The notes under the pieces are model-generated. The model was not told the DNA's origin and ran no database searches. It saw only the letters and a program-made list of their open reading frames with translations. A stretch of 50,504 nucleotides of DNA, filler included, from Streblomastix strix (Eukaryota), in NCBI GenBank assembly GCA_008636045.1. It is 2 parts of 2 records of this genome, joined end to end, with 100 filler letters (N's around TTAATTAATTAA, not from the genome) between each part and the next. Parts side by side here need not be neighbours in the genome. Positions count along the whole stretch, not along the records: positions 1 to 25,212 come from SNRW01000207.1; positions 25,313 to 50,504 come from SNRW01000208.1. One strand, 5' to 3'. This document shows positions 23,885-37,024 of this stretch, one piece after another (positions within the stretch are counted from its first letter, which is position 1; each line of letters opens with the position of its first letter). Position numbers and translations under genes: made by a program.

Positions 23885-25212
23885 ATGAATAGCTAGCTTA
23901 TGAAGACATATATCCCAAAATAATTAGAAAGCTTGTATACTATTGAGAATTTACTAAAGATATTGGATATTCAATTATTTAAGAATGACAGAGAGAATTA
24001 TTTCTCAATCAAAGGGATCAAACCTGTTTCATAACTCCCATCATTATTTGATAAGGAAGTTATCATCAGTTTATCCGATTCTGATCATGATATAACACAA
24101 ATATAAAATTCATTTATTATACTTGAGTTTAAAATGAATATATTATTCGAAAATAAACTTGATTAATTTGATGAGGCTTATAAAAAAGGTACTTTCATAT
24201 TTGTTAGCTTGAAGAATTCTGCTGAATTGATTAAATAATATACTTTATATCATCGTGGAAAGACAATTTATTGATCTATCTAGAACGATGCAACAACTAA
24301 ATCATTTATCTATAATACTATCAAACAAAAATTAGAGAAAAATAATAATAGACTTGTTCATTCTCTTTATGAAAATGTGCGTAAAGATGACGTATCCTGC
24401 TGTGAAAGATATCTAAATATTAAAGAAATTTCAGATGTACTTGCGAAATAAACTGCATCTACAAATGTTATGTCAGATAATTTTGCTGCATCAATTCTTT
24501 TGGATGATTTACGCATATTCTCTGCCTACTCTGAATAGCCTAATTCTCTATTTGATGATCTCAAAATTTAATTCAAAATTAATCCAAACGCATTCGTATT
24601 CTGCTAAGTAGATCCAGTAATATCTATGGCTAAATATTATATAATTACAAAAAATGAATTATTGAGTTCTGATCAAGATAAGCTTAATGATGTTGATCTG
24701 TTCTTCCGCAACTGGTCCCTCACTTTCTAATAAACTAACTTGTACACATAAATTGGATGCACTACAAATTTAATTGCTGGAAAACGTTCAGATGCGCTAA
24801 CTTCTTCAGGATTAAAGAATCTCGTTTGTGATATTATACCAGTAACAATATTTGTAAGAAACTATATTACAGTAGTCGTTATAGCAAATATGTGTGGATA
24901 TAAGGCATCAGATGCATGTCTTAATCGTGTACGATAATTCTATTCAACTCGTCCATTTGTTGTTCCTGCATAACGTATTGAATCATGGGTATTTCCAAGT
25001 GCTGTTTCATCTGCTGGAATAAAAACAACTTAAAATATACCTCTATCTCATGTAACTGATATGTGCTTACTATTCCCTAAGGATGCTAGACATGTTACTT
25101 GCTATGAAAATCCATGCTATTTTGATATGTAAATTAATACAATGAATAGAAATTTCCCAGATTTCCCAATGAATACTCTTAACGAATAATTCTTCACAAT
25201 GCAATTATAAGC
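23885..25212 (+). pseudogene. Putative double jelly-roll major capsid protein, 3'-truncated by the gap
   Basis: Single 442-codon frame with one TGA (24272); beta-rich (FIFVSLKNSAELI, PNSLFDDLKIQFKINPNAFVFCQVDP, RPFVVPAQRIE); recalled resemblance to metamonad Maverick/PLV capsid proteins; last gene of the structural block. Confidence 0.65.
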
Positions 25213-25312
25213 NNNNNNNNNNNNNNNNNNNNNNNNNNNNNNNNNNNNNNNNNNNNTTAATTAATTAANNNNNNNNNNNNNNNNNNNNNNNNNNNNNNNN
25301 NNNNNNNNNNNN
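25213..25312. other. Assembly gap / artificial contig linker
   Basis: 44 N, then TTAATTAATTAA (standard-code stops in six frames), then 44 N. Confidence 0.95.
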
Positions 25313-27405
25313 CCAATTTATGATAATAAATAATAAATATTTGTAATAATTTTATCCAATAAACTTTTTTTTCAATTTCAATGCTAAGAAAATTTGCTTT
25401 AGTTTTGGCTTCTTTAAGAGCAGATTCAGCATCTTAAATCATTTTCTTTGATGTTTATTTATTATATATCTCTTCTTTTTTCAACTATTCAATATCTTAA
25501 GCCCTTTAGAATTATATTTTTCCTCTTTCAGATCTTTCTTCCTCTCTCTTTTGATCTGATTATTCTTTCTCTTACTTATTATTATCCATCTCCTTCATTC
25601 TTTGTTCAACAAACATAGCGCATACATCTACATTGGCAAAAGAATTGAATGAAGTTGCAGATTTCTAAATATATGATAAAAAGAGAGAAAATTATTAAAA
25701 TACATTTTAAATAATTCACCCATATTTTATCGCACACCATAATTTCTTAGTTAATATTAGAAAGATTTTAAATTTCTTCTTTTTACTTTTAGGTCATCTC
25801 CTTACATTTTTACCTATTTGATTCATTTTAATCTCCTATTTCCTTTATTATTGTTTTTTCCAATAATATTTATTCATTTAATTGATCAATCATTCTCGAT
25901 GTCTAATCTGCATATTTTTCACATTCATTTGTTATATTCATGAATTCTCGCACTTCAATTTTAAAGTCTTCAATATTCTTTTCTGCATTTTGTATGATTT
26001 CTCTCTCTTTTAATTTGTTTTCCGTTAAAATCGCCAAATTCTTCTATTATATTTCTAATTCACTACTCAATTAATCAATTTCTTATTATGTTATTTTCAA
26101 CATAGTTTCAAGATTAGAAATTTCTTCATTCAAGTATTCGATGTTTTGTTGACTTATAAAACCTCTAGATATTATAACAAAGAATTTATATAAAATATTA
26201 AATAAAATGTAAAAGAATATAAATATATTATAAAAAATATACTCTTATTTTCTTTGATCAAAAATTATATCTTTTTCACCGCAAATCAAATGAACCTTAT
26301 TGAGCTCTTCCTGACGAATGAAGTTGCAAATAAAAAATGTAAAATCATTTAATGAATAAATAAAATAAACCTCCAATTAAACCATTTTACGCTATACATT
26401 TTCAAGAGAAAATTTGAGACTAGTTAGCAATTCAAGACTATCATTCAACTCAATCTTGAAAATGAAAATGAAAAATAAATATAGATATAAATAATTAGAA
26501 TTAATATGTCTAAAATAGATAACTATTTAAATAAACTTATCTTTACTGATGTGTTTCCCTCTAGATTCCATAACTTATTTCGCCTTATTTTATTTTTTCT
26601 TCTTTTAACAAACGTTATTATATTATTTATTAGAGTTCAGCTGTCTTCAAATAATGTTCTCTTTACAATTCACAAAAAATATTTCGCATTGTTTCTACAA
26701 ATAATAAATAAAAAAAGTTTTTCAATAAAATATAAAATAAAAAAGAGGTATTTATTTTATAAATATACATTAAGCATCTTAAAGTTCATTAAATGCATCC
26801 TAAGCTTAAGTAATTATTTCATTTCTTTTTCTGATTTCACTCTCCTTTTTATCAATACTCATTCTCTGTTCACTACACTCTTCCTCAATATGATTCTACT
26901 TAGCTAGCTATTATGGAACATCAACAATATATACAGTAAGCTAATCACTAAATTTATTCATATCTCCCTATAATCTTCCACGATGAAGTTACAATTCAGC
27001 GCATTTCTATTCAGCTTAAGAGCAAAAAACACCCAGAGCAGAGAGACTTTCATTATAAGTTTTCTGTATGTTGTCAAAATCTTTAATATTCTTCAAATCG
27101 GCTTAAATTAAAGTTGCAAATTTCTTTTTTTCTGCTTGTTCGTTTTTTATTTATGCCAAGAGTGTAGATCTCGTGGTAAGACAACGTTATTTTTTATCAA
27201 TCTGCAGAATAAAATAATATGAAAAATTAATATATTAATAATTTTGTCATACAATGGCATCATATTGTAAACTACTACTAATTTGTTATCTCATAATGCT
27301 CTCTGATGAAAATAATCTTAGAATTTTTATAGAAAAGTGTGTGTTCAAACCTAAAGTCTTTCGTGCGCTATCAAAAATATCTGTTTCTGTCGATTGATTG
27401 GTCAT
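25313..27405 (-). CDS. Multi-exon coiled-coil hypothetical protein; 3' end uncertain
   Basis: ATG at 27405 (MTNQSTETDIFDSARKT); E/K/Q-rich heptad exons separated by AT-rich GT-AG introns. Confidence 0.6.
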
Positions 27406-28123
27406 CTTTCTGGCTTTAAATAAAAAATGTGGAATAACAAATTTTTAAAGAGTATATTGCTATAATAAAGTTAAATATATAATAAAACTTCGATATAAAT
27501 TTAGTGGATGGTCGCAATTATCGATTTTAGTCATAAAAATTAGCACTCGATAAGTTTAGTACGTATTCGTCTGTAGTATGATACATGAGGTATATTTAAG
27601 CATTTATCATAATAATTGTAAAAAATTGTGTATATTAATATCTGCTTTGGCTGGAAATCGAAATTTTTAATATTTAGCCTATAACACATTAGAATTACTT
27701 AAAATAAATGTAGAATAAGTAGATGATGAATTTATGATAATATGCTCTGGCCAATAATAACAAACTCAAAATATGAAATGCGTACCAAAAGAATTTTTTC
27801 CAACCATTAAAATATTATTGATTAAAGTCTTCTTTATTGCATATTTACAGAGTATTTATTATATAATTCAATTTTAATATTTTGATTCATTTGAAAAACA
27901 TTGATAAAAAGATGTTATTGAAATTTTAATGTTAGGAAATTGATCCAACTCTTTAGTAGTATCTACAATATATATCTTTATCAGTCTCTCCATTATATTA
28001 TGTAAAATATTTACTTGAAATTTGTCTTAATTTAAATGTAGCAAGTGAGAAAATTTTATTTTTTCATATTCTTCATTTATACATCATCATTAATATATTT
28101 TTTCAACTTTTTATAATAAGACC

Positions 28124-30122
28124 ATGAGTAATCAGAAAAAATCTGGTTTTATTGGAAATATTCAAGGAAATCTTGCAACTTAACAGGCTTTCAATTGGAG
28201 TGTGCCACCCACATCTATATCAGGAAATTGGGTCGCTGTTGAGAATGGAACTAGTCTTAGAAAACATACAAAGTAATTTATTGAAAAAGATGCATCATCT
28301 TACAATAATATCGTTGGGGATAGCCCACCATTGATTCGTTCTGATTCACTCTTGAAGCGCGATGCTAATTCGCCTAATAGTCAGAATATTTCACAGATTA
28401 ATCAGAGCAGTTCGTTACAGTCAACGAACTCATAGTCATTAACATTATTCTCGCATACAACAAATGCATCTACACCTTATTCACTGTCCAGCACAATAAT
28501 TTCACCATAAAGTGCAATATCCAGATACTAAACTCCTCCTTCATCAATTTCTTTCTATACTCCAGATTCTTCAATATAATCTTAATCATCAAATTAAGTA
28601 GGATAAAATGATATTTTGATTTGCTCGTAATAAGATGCATTTTCTTCCTAATAAACATAAAAATTAATTTAAAATAATAATTAAGATATTAAATCTCTTA
28701 TATTTAAAACTTCTTTATCTTAAAAATCATAACCATAAACTGATTCATAACTTAATTCTCTTTAACTTTCTTAATAATAATAAAATGTTAATAAATAAGG
28801 TGTGAAGAATTTAATATTTAATAACAACGAAGAATCAATGAATATGAAGCATAATCATTCTATTGATATGAATAAATTAAACGTATAATAATAAAGTGAA
28901 GTGAAATAAAATGATTCATAATAAGGAAATAATTTTGAATGGTAGCTTCGCCTATAGATTAATGATCTACCCAAATTCCCCGAAAGAAAAAGCTAAAAAT
29001 AACCAAAACTCGCCTCATATTCATTGTCCAATAAAGATGATGATCACTAAGATCATGAATAAGAATCATATTAATTGCCTCCTCCTCCTTCTCCTAAAAT
29101 ATCGAAGATGAAAAGTCATTTAATAGGAAATAAAAAATCAAAGAATAAGAATTAGAAAGAAAAAGAAAAGGTTATTGTAAAGCATGAAATGAAAATAGAG
29201 AATTAAATTTAAAAAGTAAAAGAAGAAGAAAATGTTGATGAATTAGAAAATGAAAAAGCTGGATAATAATTAAATTTAAATAAGCATATTAATATTGAAA
29301 ATGGATAAATAATAGATAATAGTTAAAATAATTCTTCAATTCCTAATCATAATGATATTAGTTATTCCTTATTCCAATAGAACTAACTTTTAGACATTTC
29401 TGGTCTTGATGATTTTGATACCAAATATATTAATAATATACATCAACAGCCATTATTCTAAGAATTGAGTATATCACCATATGAAAATAAGACTAATACA
29501 GTAGAAAACTAAACTGATAGTATGATTTAGCAAAGAAATGATTAAGAATAGATTTATTACAAGGATATAGAAATGAATAATCAATAATCTTCTTTGTCTT
29601 TATTATTTCCTTCATCATTATCACAATCTCCAATTAATTCATAATTTAATTCATCACGTCATTCTTAGCATTCTTTTGAAACATTGCCCTAATAATTATT
29701 GGATTAATCTACTTTATTATAATCTCCAAATTAATAAATACTCGACTATGAGAGTGAAAATGTAAATAACATTAATATTTACAGCAATTCATTTGATGAT
29801 AATAATTCAAACATCAATAATAATAAAATTAAGAACTAAAATAGAAATGATGATAATTAACATCAATCAAATCATTAGACTAAAGCAAAGCCTCCATTAA
29901 ATGATTCGAAACATTCATTAAATGATTCAAAGAATTCTCTCAGTGTAAAAGCTCGCATTTTTATCCCATAAACTGGTTCTAAAGAATTGAAATGTGTTTT
30001 AATATAGGATAATTAAAATATTCAATAAGAAGAAGAATATATTCAATAATATTAATAATCTATTTAATAATAATAATAACAACAATAATAATAATCTCAA
30101 TAATAATAACAATAACAATAAC

Positions 30123-30209
<87 letters not shown>

Positions 30210-33200
30210 CTCAATAATAATAATCTCAATAATAATAAAAGGAAGAGGAAGAAGAATTTTAATTATCATAGACATAAATTCGCTCTGGATTAAATCCTCT
30301 TCTTCCAACACCTGTAATTCAAGTTCCTCAAGATGTCCAACTGTATAATTTGACATAATTTTAATTTCCCAATACTTCCATAGTTATTTAATAACTTAAA
30401 CCAATACCATAACCCTATCCATTAGCATAATCACATTAATCGTAGATATAATCTTCTTCTATTTCTTAAACTCAACAATCATCTTAACCATCTTCATCTA
30501 TTTCTTAATAAGCTTTACATTCTAATTCATCAGTAATATCATAATCTGATTAATAATAAGGACTTACTCCTTCAACACAATATTTATACTCAAATGTATC
30601 ACAGTCTTCTTCAATAGACACAAATATCCCAAATTCAACAACTCCAATTGCATTATAATCTTCATCCACATAATTAACTCCTTCTTTAAGAAATTAAACT
30701 CCTCATACAAGGCATAACTATATACAACCAATATAAGTTCATTAAACATAATCATTTTAATCTCCAAAGAATCTTTCTCCTTCATCGTCATTATCCAAAT
30801 ATTCTGTTCAATCTTCTTCTCCTTAAACTTAGTACAGCTAATCTTTATCCTCATCATTGTTTGACAATTCCTTATCTTCATCTTCATAGACATAAAATTC
30901 TTAGTTCACAAATGCTTCATAATCATCAATGTCATTATATAGTAATTCTGATATAACGAGCAATCCCAGCATGTCCATGTTTGCTCCACACTTATTAGGA
31001 AAGTGGCAATTTTCTTCATTGAATCAACGAGAGCAAGAATAATAATCATCGCAATCAATTAATACAACTCATCGGGATAATATCCAATCATAATAATTCT
31101 AATCTTCCTTATTGAAAACTCCTCCTCCAATAATAACTTCACTTTCTCCTTCAATCACTCCTTCATTTAACCATTCATCATTGTCTAATTAATAGAACTA
31201 ATAAACATAACAGTAGAAATCAATTCATATTCAAAATTAAATGTATGATAAAAATAAATAATAATATTAGCAATAATTATAATAAGAATAATAATATGAT
31301 GACTATTATAATCAGTAAAGCTAAACCAATTCTTCTTAACAAATATTAAACAACAATATTATTGCAGCTCATCCACATCCTTCAAATATCCTTCAAACTG
31401 CATCATAATATCAACAATTCCAATAATAATTAATCTAATAATAATAATAAAATTAAATGATGTAAGATAACACAAATATGCCAAATCAAATGCAGATGCT
31501 TGTTAATCAGTATCAACAGACTTAATTATCCTAAAATAATATGAATTAAATAGATAATATGCAAAGCAATGATGAAAATAATCAGCATTCAATTCAAACA
31601 AGTGAAAAAAGAGGAACTTAAAACTAAAGTCTCGATATAATCCAAAATTTGAATATGGGAGTAACAGGGCTTAATAAAATGTTTGAAAACAAATGGAATA
31701 CTCTCCAATATTAAGGAAAATATCAGATTGACAAACCAAGTCCATTTCAGTGGTCAAAGCATGAAAGAGATAAAGGGAAACGAAATGATTTAGAAATTAA
31801 ATAGTAGGATGGAAAAGACAGAAGTAATTAAAACATTGGGTATAATAATAATAATAATGATGCATTTGAGATGAACAGTGAAAATGATAATATTCGCTAA
31901 ATACTCTCTGAGCATAGTATTCTTGAAGGGAAAGAAATCTAGAGTGGTCGACACAATTCATAATTTGGCCCTTCGAGATTTTAGCATATTAATAAAGAAT
32001 AGAAAAGACAGCTAAATAAACTTGCAAATGAGTTAGAAGAGTTGACAAGGGTCCTTCCACGAGGTAAAATGAAAGACATGGTTCAGACAACGCCTCAGGA
32101 GAATGTATTTTGTCTGAAGAAGTTTTATAAGTTGATGCAGAATGTAAAAGATGAGAGGAAGAAGATGGAGAAAGAAGTTGAAAGAGCAAAATTAGTAAAT
32201 ATAAACAATTATGGATCCAAAATAGCTTCATTTGAAGATTAGCAAGAAATTAACAATGATGAAAATCAAATTGAAAAGATTGAACAAATTAAAGCAGGTC
32301 CTGTCTAATTATCTTCATAATAATAATCATTTTCATAACAATCATAGATACTTGCATTCTAACCATTTTAATTAAATGCATCTACAATCATTAGAGACAA
32401 TGATGTAAAATATGAAAGAATTAGTAAATAAATTTCATTCGTTCTTCTTTAATCTATTCCATTCTTATCAAAATTTGATGCTATTATATACTTTGCTATT
32501 GATGATAAAGGTAATAAAGTACTGATTTGTTATTTTTATATAATTATTATTTATTTCAAATTTATTTATATACTTTATTCAATCCATTAAATAATTAATT
32601 ATTATTCAGGATCCCGTATTCTCCAAAACTCAATTGCGTATTCTAGTGCTTAAGCAAGGAAATCTATCTTCGACTTGATTCAATCTAGCATTGTATATTT
32701 GTCAACAAACCCTTTTTCAAACTTTGTTATTCAGGAGTTGTTGAACAGAAGAGAAAATTTCTAACCACGAAAGAAATAATATTCACATTTTTTGAAAGAA
32801 AAAGAAACAATTATTTAAGGAAAAGAAAATGATTCAGAACCAGGGTACACAGAACAGTTAGAATTGAAATGGAGAAATGAAATGAAAGGAACTTTTGAAG
32901 TGAAAAGATATCAATCAATGTTTGATACACCGGTTTCTTAGAAAAAGAACGAAATTGTTAATAAGTAAAATGATCTGAGATAAATAGATTTGAAAGTTGA
33001 TGATGATGAAGAAGAAGAACATGAAGAGCATATTATGAATGCTATTAAAATATCAAATCTCGCTAAAAATAGAATTGTTGATTTATCAAACGATAAATTT
33101 GCATGCAGGTTTAATAATTTTTCTTTCTTAATAAATTAATTCGATTATAATTTTTTTCTTATAATTTCAGAGTTATGCAGAGATTATTTACTGTCCTTCC

Positions 33201-35719
33201 ACTTGCAATCTCAATTCCTCTGTTGGATGAATTAAAACCACGAATTTAAGAAACATTGATGGATTAGAACGGAAATTATGTTATACAGAGGTATTAAATA
33301 ATAATTAATTTTTAATATTAATAAATCGTTTATATATATATTTATAAAAAAATATATTTTATAGAATTCTTATGATGCTCCCTCCATATTCAACAGAATT
33401 CATACTTGAATAAATCAAAGATGAACAAATGCTAAATAAACTTAAATTAACAAACTCAGGATGCTGTATTCTTTAACATGTTGCAAATATGATTATTATT
33501 CAAATATGTCTTGAGGAATGCATAAAACTTATGTTAAACGAATTTGAAGTTAATAACTAAAAAGAAAGAGATGGAGAAAAAGAATTAAATTAAAGAGCAT
33601 ACGGAGAAAGTCAATAATCTGACAATATTTCATCTTAATAACCATTACCTCCTTTGATATAAAATACTCCATTAATTCCTTAATTAGTATATTATCCTAA
33701 TATTCCTCCATCTTTTTCTTCATTTCCTCATTTCTTATTACAGACCCCTCCTAATAATCGTTGGCATGAATATAGATAGTAAATAATTGAGACTCTCATT
33801 CCCCAAGCACAGAATTTAATCATTCACTAATTTGGTAATTATGTTTTGTAAAGGTTTAAATATTAATAATTTATATTTTATATATTCATCAATTTTATTG
33901 TTTTTATTTTTACATTTTCATTTATTAATGCATTACAGGATCATTGATGCTGAAATGTTTGTTGTTCGTGTTGAGGAGGATAGAAAAAAGGAAGTTGAAA
34001 ACAAACCTTACGTAGGAAATATAATATATTCAAGCCATAAAATACCAAGCAAACTTCATATTGGTGTAAAATCGAAAAAGATGAAGTTCATTCAAACATT
34101 AATTTAATTTTTCTCCTTTGAAGATATTTTTGAGAACAGGATTGAGTCCTTATATTGCAATGCACTATCACTATTTTCCTTCTAACCACCATTTGTATTG
34201 TCTCCCAAATCATCCACACCTGTTGCACCTAGAACACATCCATCGTAAATGAATATCCCTGTAATCCCATCATTCCAACTCTCTCTATACACATTCACTG
34301 TTGTTACGCGAATCCTCTTCACACTTCAGAGGAAAATAGTTTAGTTGTCACTGAAGAATGAGTCAAGTAATGTGATTGAGAAATGTGCGCGATATGGGAA
34401 TGAACTGGACAGGAGGTTGATTTTGGCTGAAATAATGAATACAGTAGTGCATGTTCGTGATGACAACACAAGAGTTGCTAATTATGATGTGATTACTAAA
34501 GGAGATGGAGTTGTATTTCTGAAGACTAATTCTTTTGAATAGTTTGATTTCAATTATTTTTATTTCATTGTTTTATCATTATACATTTCTTCATTTTTTA
34601 TTAATTAGGTTTGAAATTGCTTAAAAAGAATTTTGGTCATTTTGGCTTGATGAAAATGAAATTGAGAAACCAAAGAAAGGAGAAAAGACTAAAGGGAGAA
34701 ATGAGAAAGAATATAAACTGATCTAAGGTAAAGGAAAAGCAGTTATATCAATGTTGAAAAACAAATATGGGAATTATGTAATCTAGCGTCTGATGAAAGC
34801 AGATACAAAAGGATTGAAAGATGATGATATTGACATGGAATAACTAAATGAACAGGTGGAAATGCCAAATATGAATGTGTAGGATATTGATATTGATGAA
34901 AAAGAAGATGATGAGGATTAAAATGAAAAAGAAGGAGATAAAGAAACTGAAAATGGAAAACTTGAGTGTGGCATCATTTGTGAAACAGTTGTTCGTGTTA
35001 TAGTCGCTAATTATGAGGATATATAATTTGAGCCTTGTTGGCCACATGTTTGGAATAAGCTTAAATTGGTTTGAAAAGAGAATTTATTGATTATTAATTG
35101 AAATTAATTAATTAATTAGTATTAAATTAATTTTTTTTATTTGTCTCTAACAAATTCATTGTATCTCTCATTCATTTAGGTTTACAAAGGCCTCCGTGAC
35201 AAGACCCTTCGTTCTTCAGTCATCTCCATCCTTCGTCGTGTCCAACCTCCACCTCATCTTCAGGCTCTTCAACCCCTTCAACCTTTAATACCAACAATTC
35301 AACCTCTCCAACTTCCTCCTCCATCTGCTACTTCAAAGTTCTTCTAGAAGCCATAGCCTGTGAATTAGAACAAAAGAACTCATCTGCAGAAGCCTCCTTA
35401 TGCATCATTCAAATTCAAGTCTTACCAACATTCCTCATCATCTTCTTCATAACCATCATCTTTGCAATATTCTGAACATTAATATTAATTACCCACGAAT
35501 AATGAATAACAAAACCTTCTTACTATTCCTTTAATACATCCTCACCACCACTAGCCTAATTAATAATATCAACAATAAAGACATTAATTTTAATAGAGTA
35601 AACAACCATTCTAGTAGCAACAGCAACTTCAACATTAACACCATTAGTAAAACTAATAGCAATCTCAATAGCTGCAAAATCAAATGTAATTTGGAATAGT
35701 GATGCCTCCAAATTAATGA
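28124..35719 (+). CDS. Pumilio/PUF-family RNA-binding protein with a ~1460-aa low-complexity N-terminus
   Basis: Open exon 28124-32510; eight PUF repeat signatures SRILQ, NFVIQ, CRVMQ, NYVIQ, CCILQ, NYVLQ, SNVIE, NYVIQ across GT-AG introns (first intron 32511-32609); TGA at 35717; an upstream exon is possible. Confidence 0.9.
30065..30237 (+). repeat. (TAA/CAA)n triplet repeat encoding polyglutamine
   Basis: In frame with the PUF gene; TAA interspersed with CAA. Confidence 0.9.
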
Positions 35720-37024
35720 AAAATTAATGTTTATAATTACAGGAGCTAAATCATTAGATTATTTGCAATTATAATAATTGTACATTTCATTAACTCTCCA
35801 GCGAGCATGTACGCTTTTTTGCATTATTTTTCTCTATAAGTACTAATTTCTTTTTTAATCATGAAGAACTATCAATGTTTATTAGTACCTCCTATATTAC
35901 ACCATTTTCCTTTCGTGTTTTTTTAAATCTTTCTTATCTTTTATTAACTGCTTAACCTTTCATTTTTTTGATCTTGTACTGCTCTATATTATAGATCTTA
36001 ATTATTCTTCTTCTAATCAAATATTGATAGTATGCTTTGACCTAAACATTAATTATATAGGATTAATGTTAATTTAATCAATCTATCAATATTATTATTT
36101 TATAATGAGTAATATGATAAAGATTAGAAGGAAAATCAAGAATCAATGGATGAATTTTCATAGTGCAGTTCAAATTAATGAGAGCTGCTAATATTTAAAT
36201 AATAATTTTATACATAAATATTGTATATAACTCTTTATTTTATTTCATTTATATTGTTTTGATCTTAGATTATGTTTTTTTATTTAAATTTATATAAATT
36301 TTTGTCCATCATTTTTTTCCTCTCCATCAATTGTTTTTGTCTGATCATCGATCAATCAACACTTTTATGATACCATCATAGAAAATCCAGTTGAATACTA
36401 GATTTCATTATATTGTATTAATCATGTATAATAATTTAAATGAATTTATATTTAAATTTTAGCTTGATTCACTATTGAATATTAACTGTTTAACAATTGG
36501 TTCATTATTATGATGCAAAATTCTCAATTTTTGAGATAATTAAATTTTCCATCCCATTTTTATTTATTATTTATGATAATAAAGTTTTATTTCTATTTTC
36601 ATATCCTTTGAACTCTTATATTCTTAGCATTTTTCTAAATATTTTATTTTCAATGAGTTAACTTCTTTAACATATGTGAAAATTTAGATCGAACGGGCAT
36701 TATTATGTGTTTTTAGGAATAAATATTTATCATACGATTATATATATTATAATTTTACTTTTTTTATACTGTTTATTTGCTCAAAAATAGAAAATTATAA
36801 AAAAGTATAAAAATATTATATAAAAGAAAAAGAGCATGCAGGCTCCATATCTTTTTCACTCCCAAAATCACTCATAAATAATTGATATTCTAAAAATTTG
36901 GTAAATTTGATCTATTATATTCATATTTATCGTTTTTTGTCTTTCAATTAATTATTCTAATTTAATAATTCATTTCAAAATAATAATATGATTTTAGTTA
37001 AGAGCAGATGTTATATTGTATAAG

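Larger units (their letters stand above)
13372..25212 (+). mobile_element. Endogenous Polinton-like virus / Maverick-related element, degenerate and truncated by the gap
   Basis: Intronless, tightly packed cassette: primase-helicase, Fic, small membrane ORF, fibre-like genes, amphipathic ORF and capsid-like gene, read in the host code; no TIR, integrase or pPolB visible. Confidence 0.8.

Noticed and set aside
25257..25268. Palindrome TTAATTAATTAA as a biological site, and adjacency of the virus to the host genes
   Set aside because: It sits centrally in a 100-nt N spacer and is an artificial linker, so true adjacency is unsupported
29999..30356. Poly-Leu and poly-Ile ORFs in the ORF track
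   Set aside because: Antisense readings of the (TAA)n polyQ tract of the PUF gene
35720..37020. Possible small gene between PUF and RPN2
   Set aside because: Only short exon-like patches; no supportable gene model
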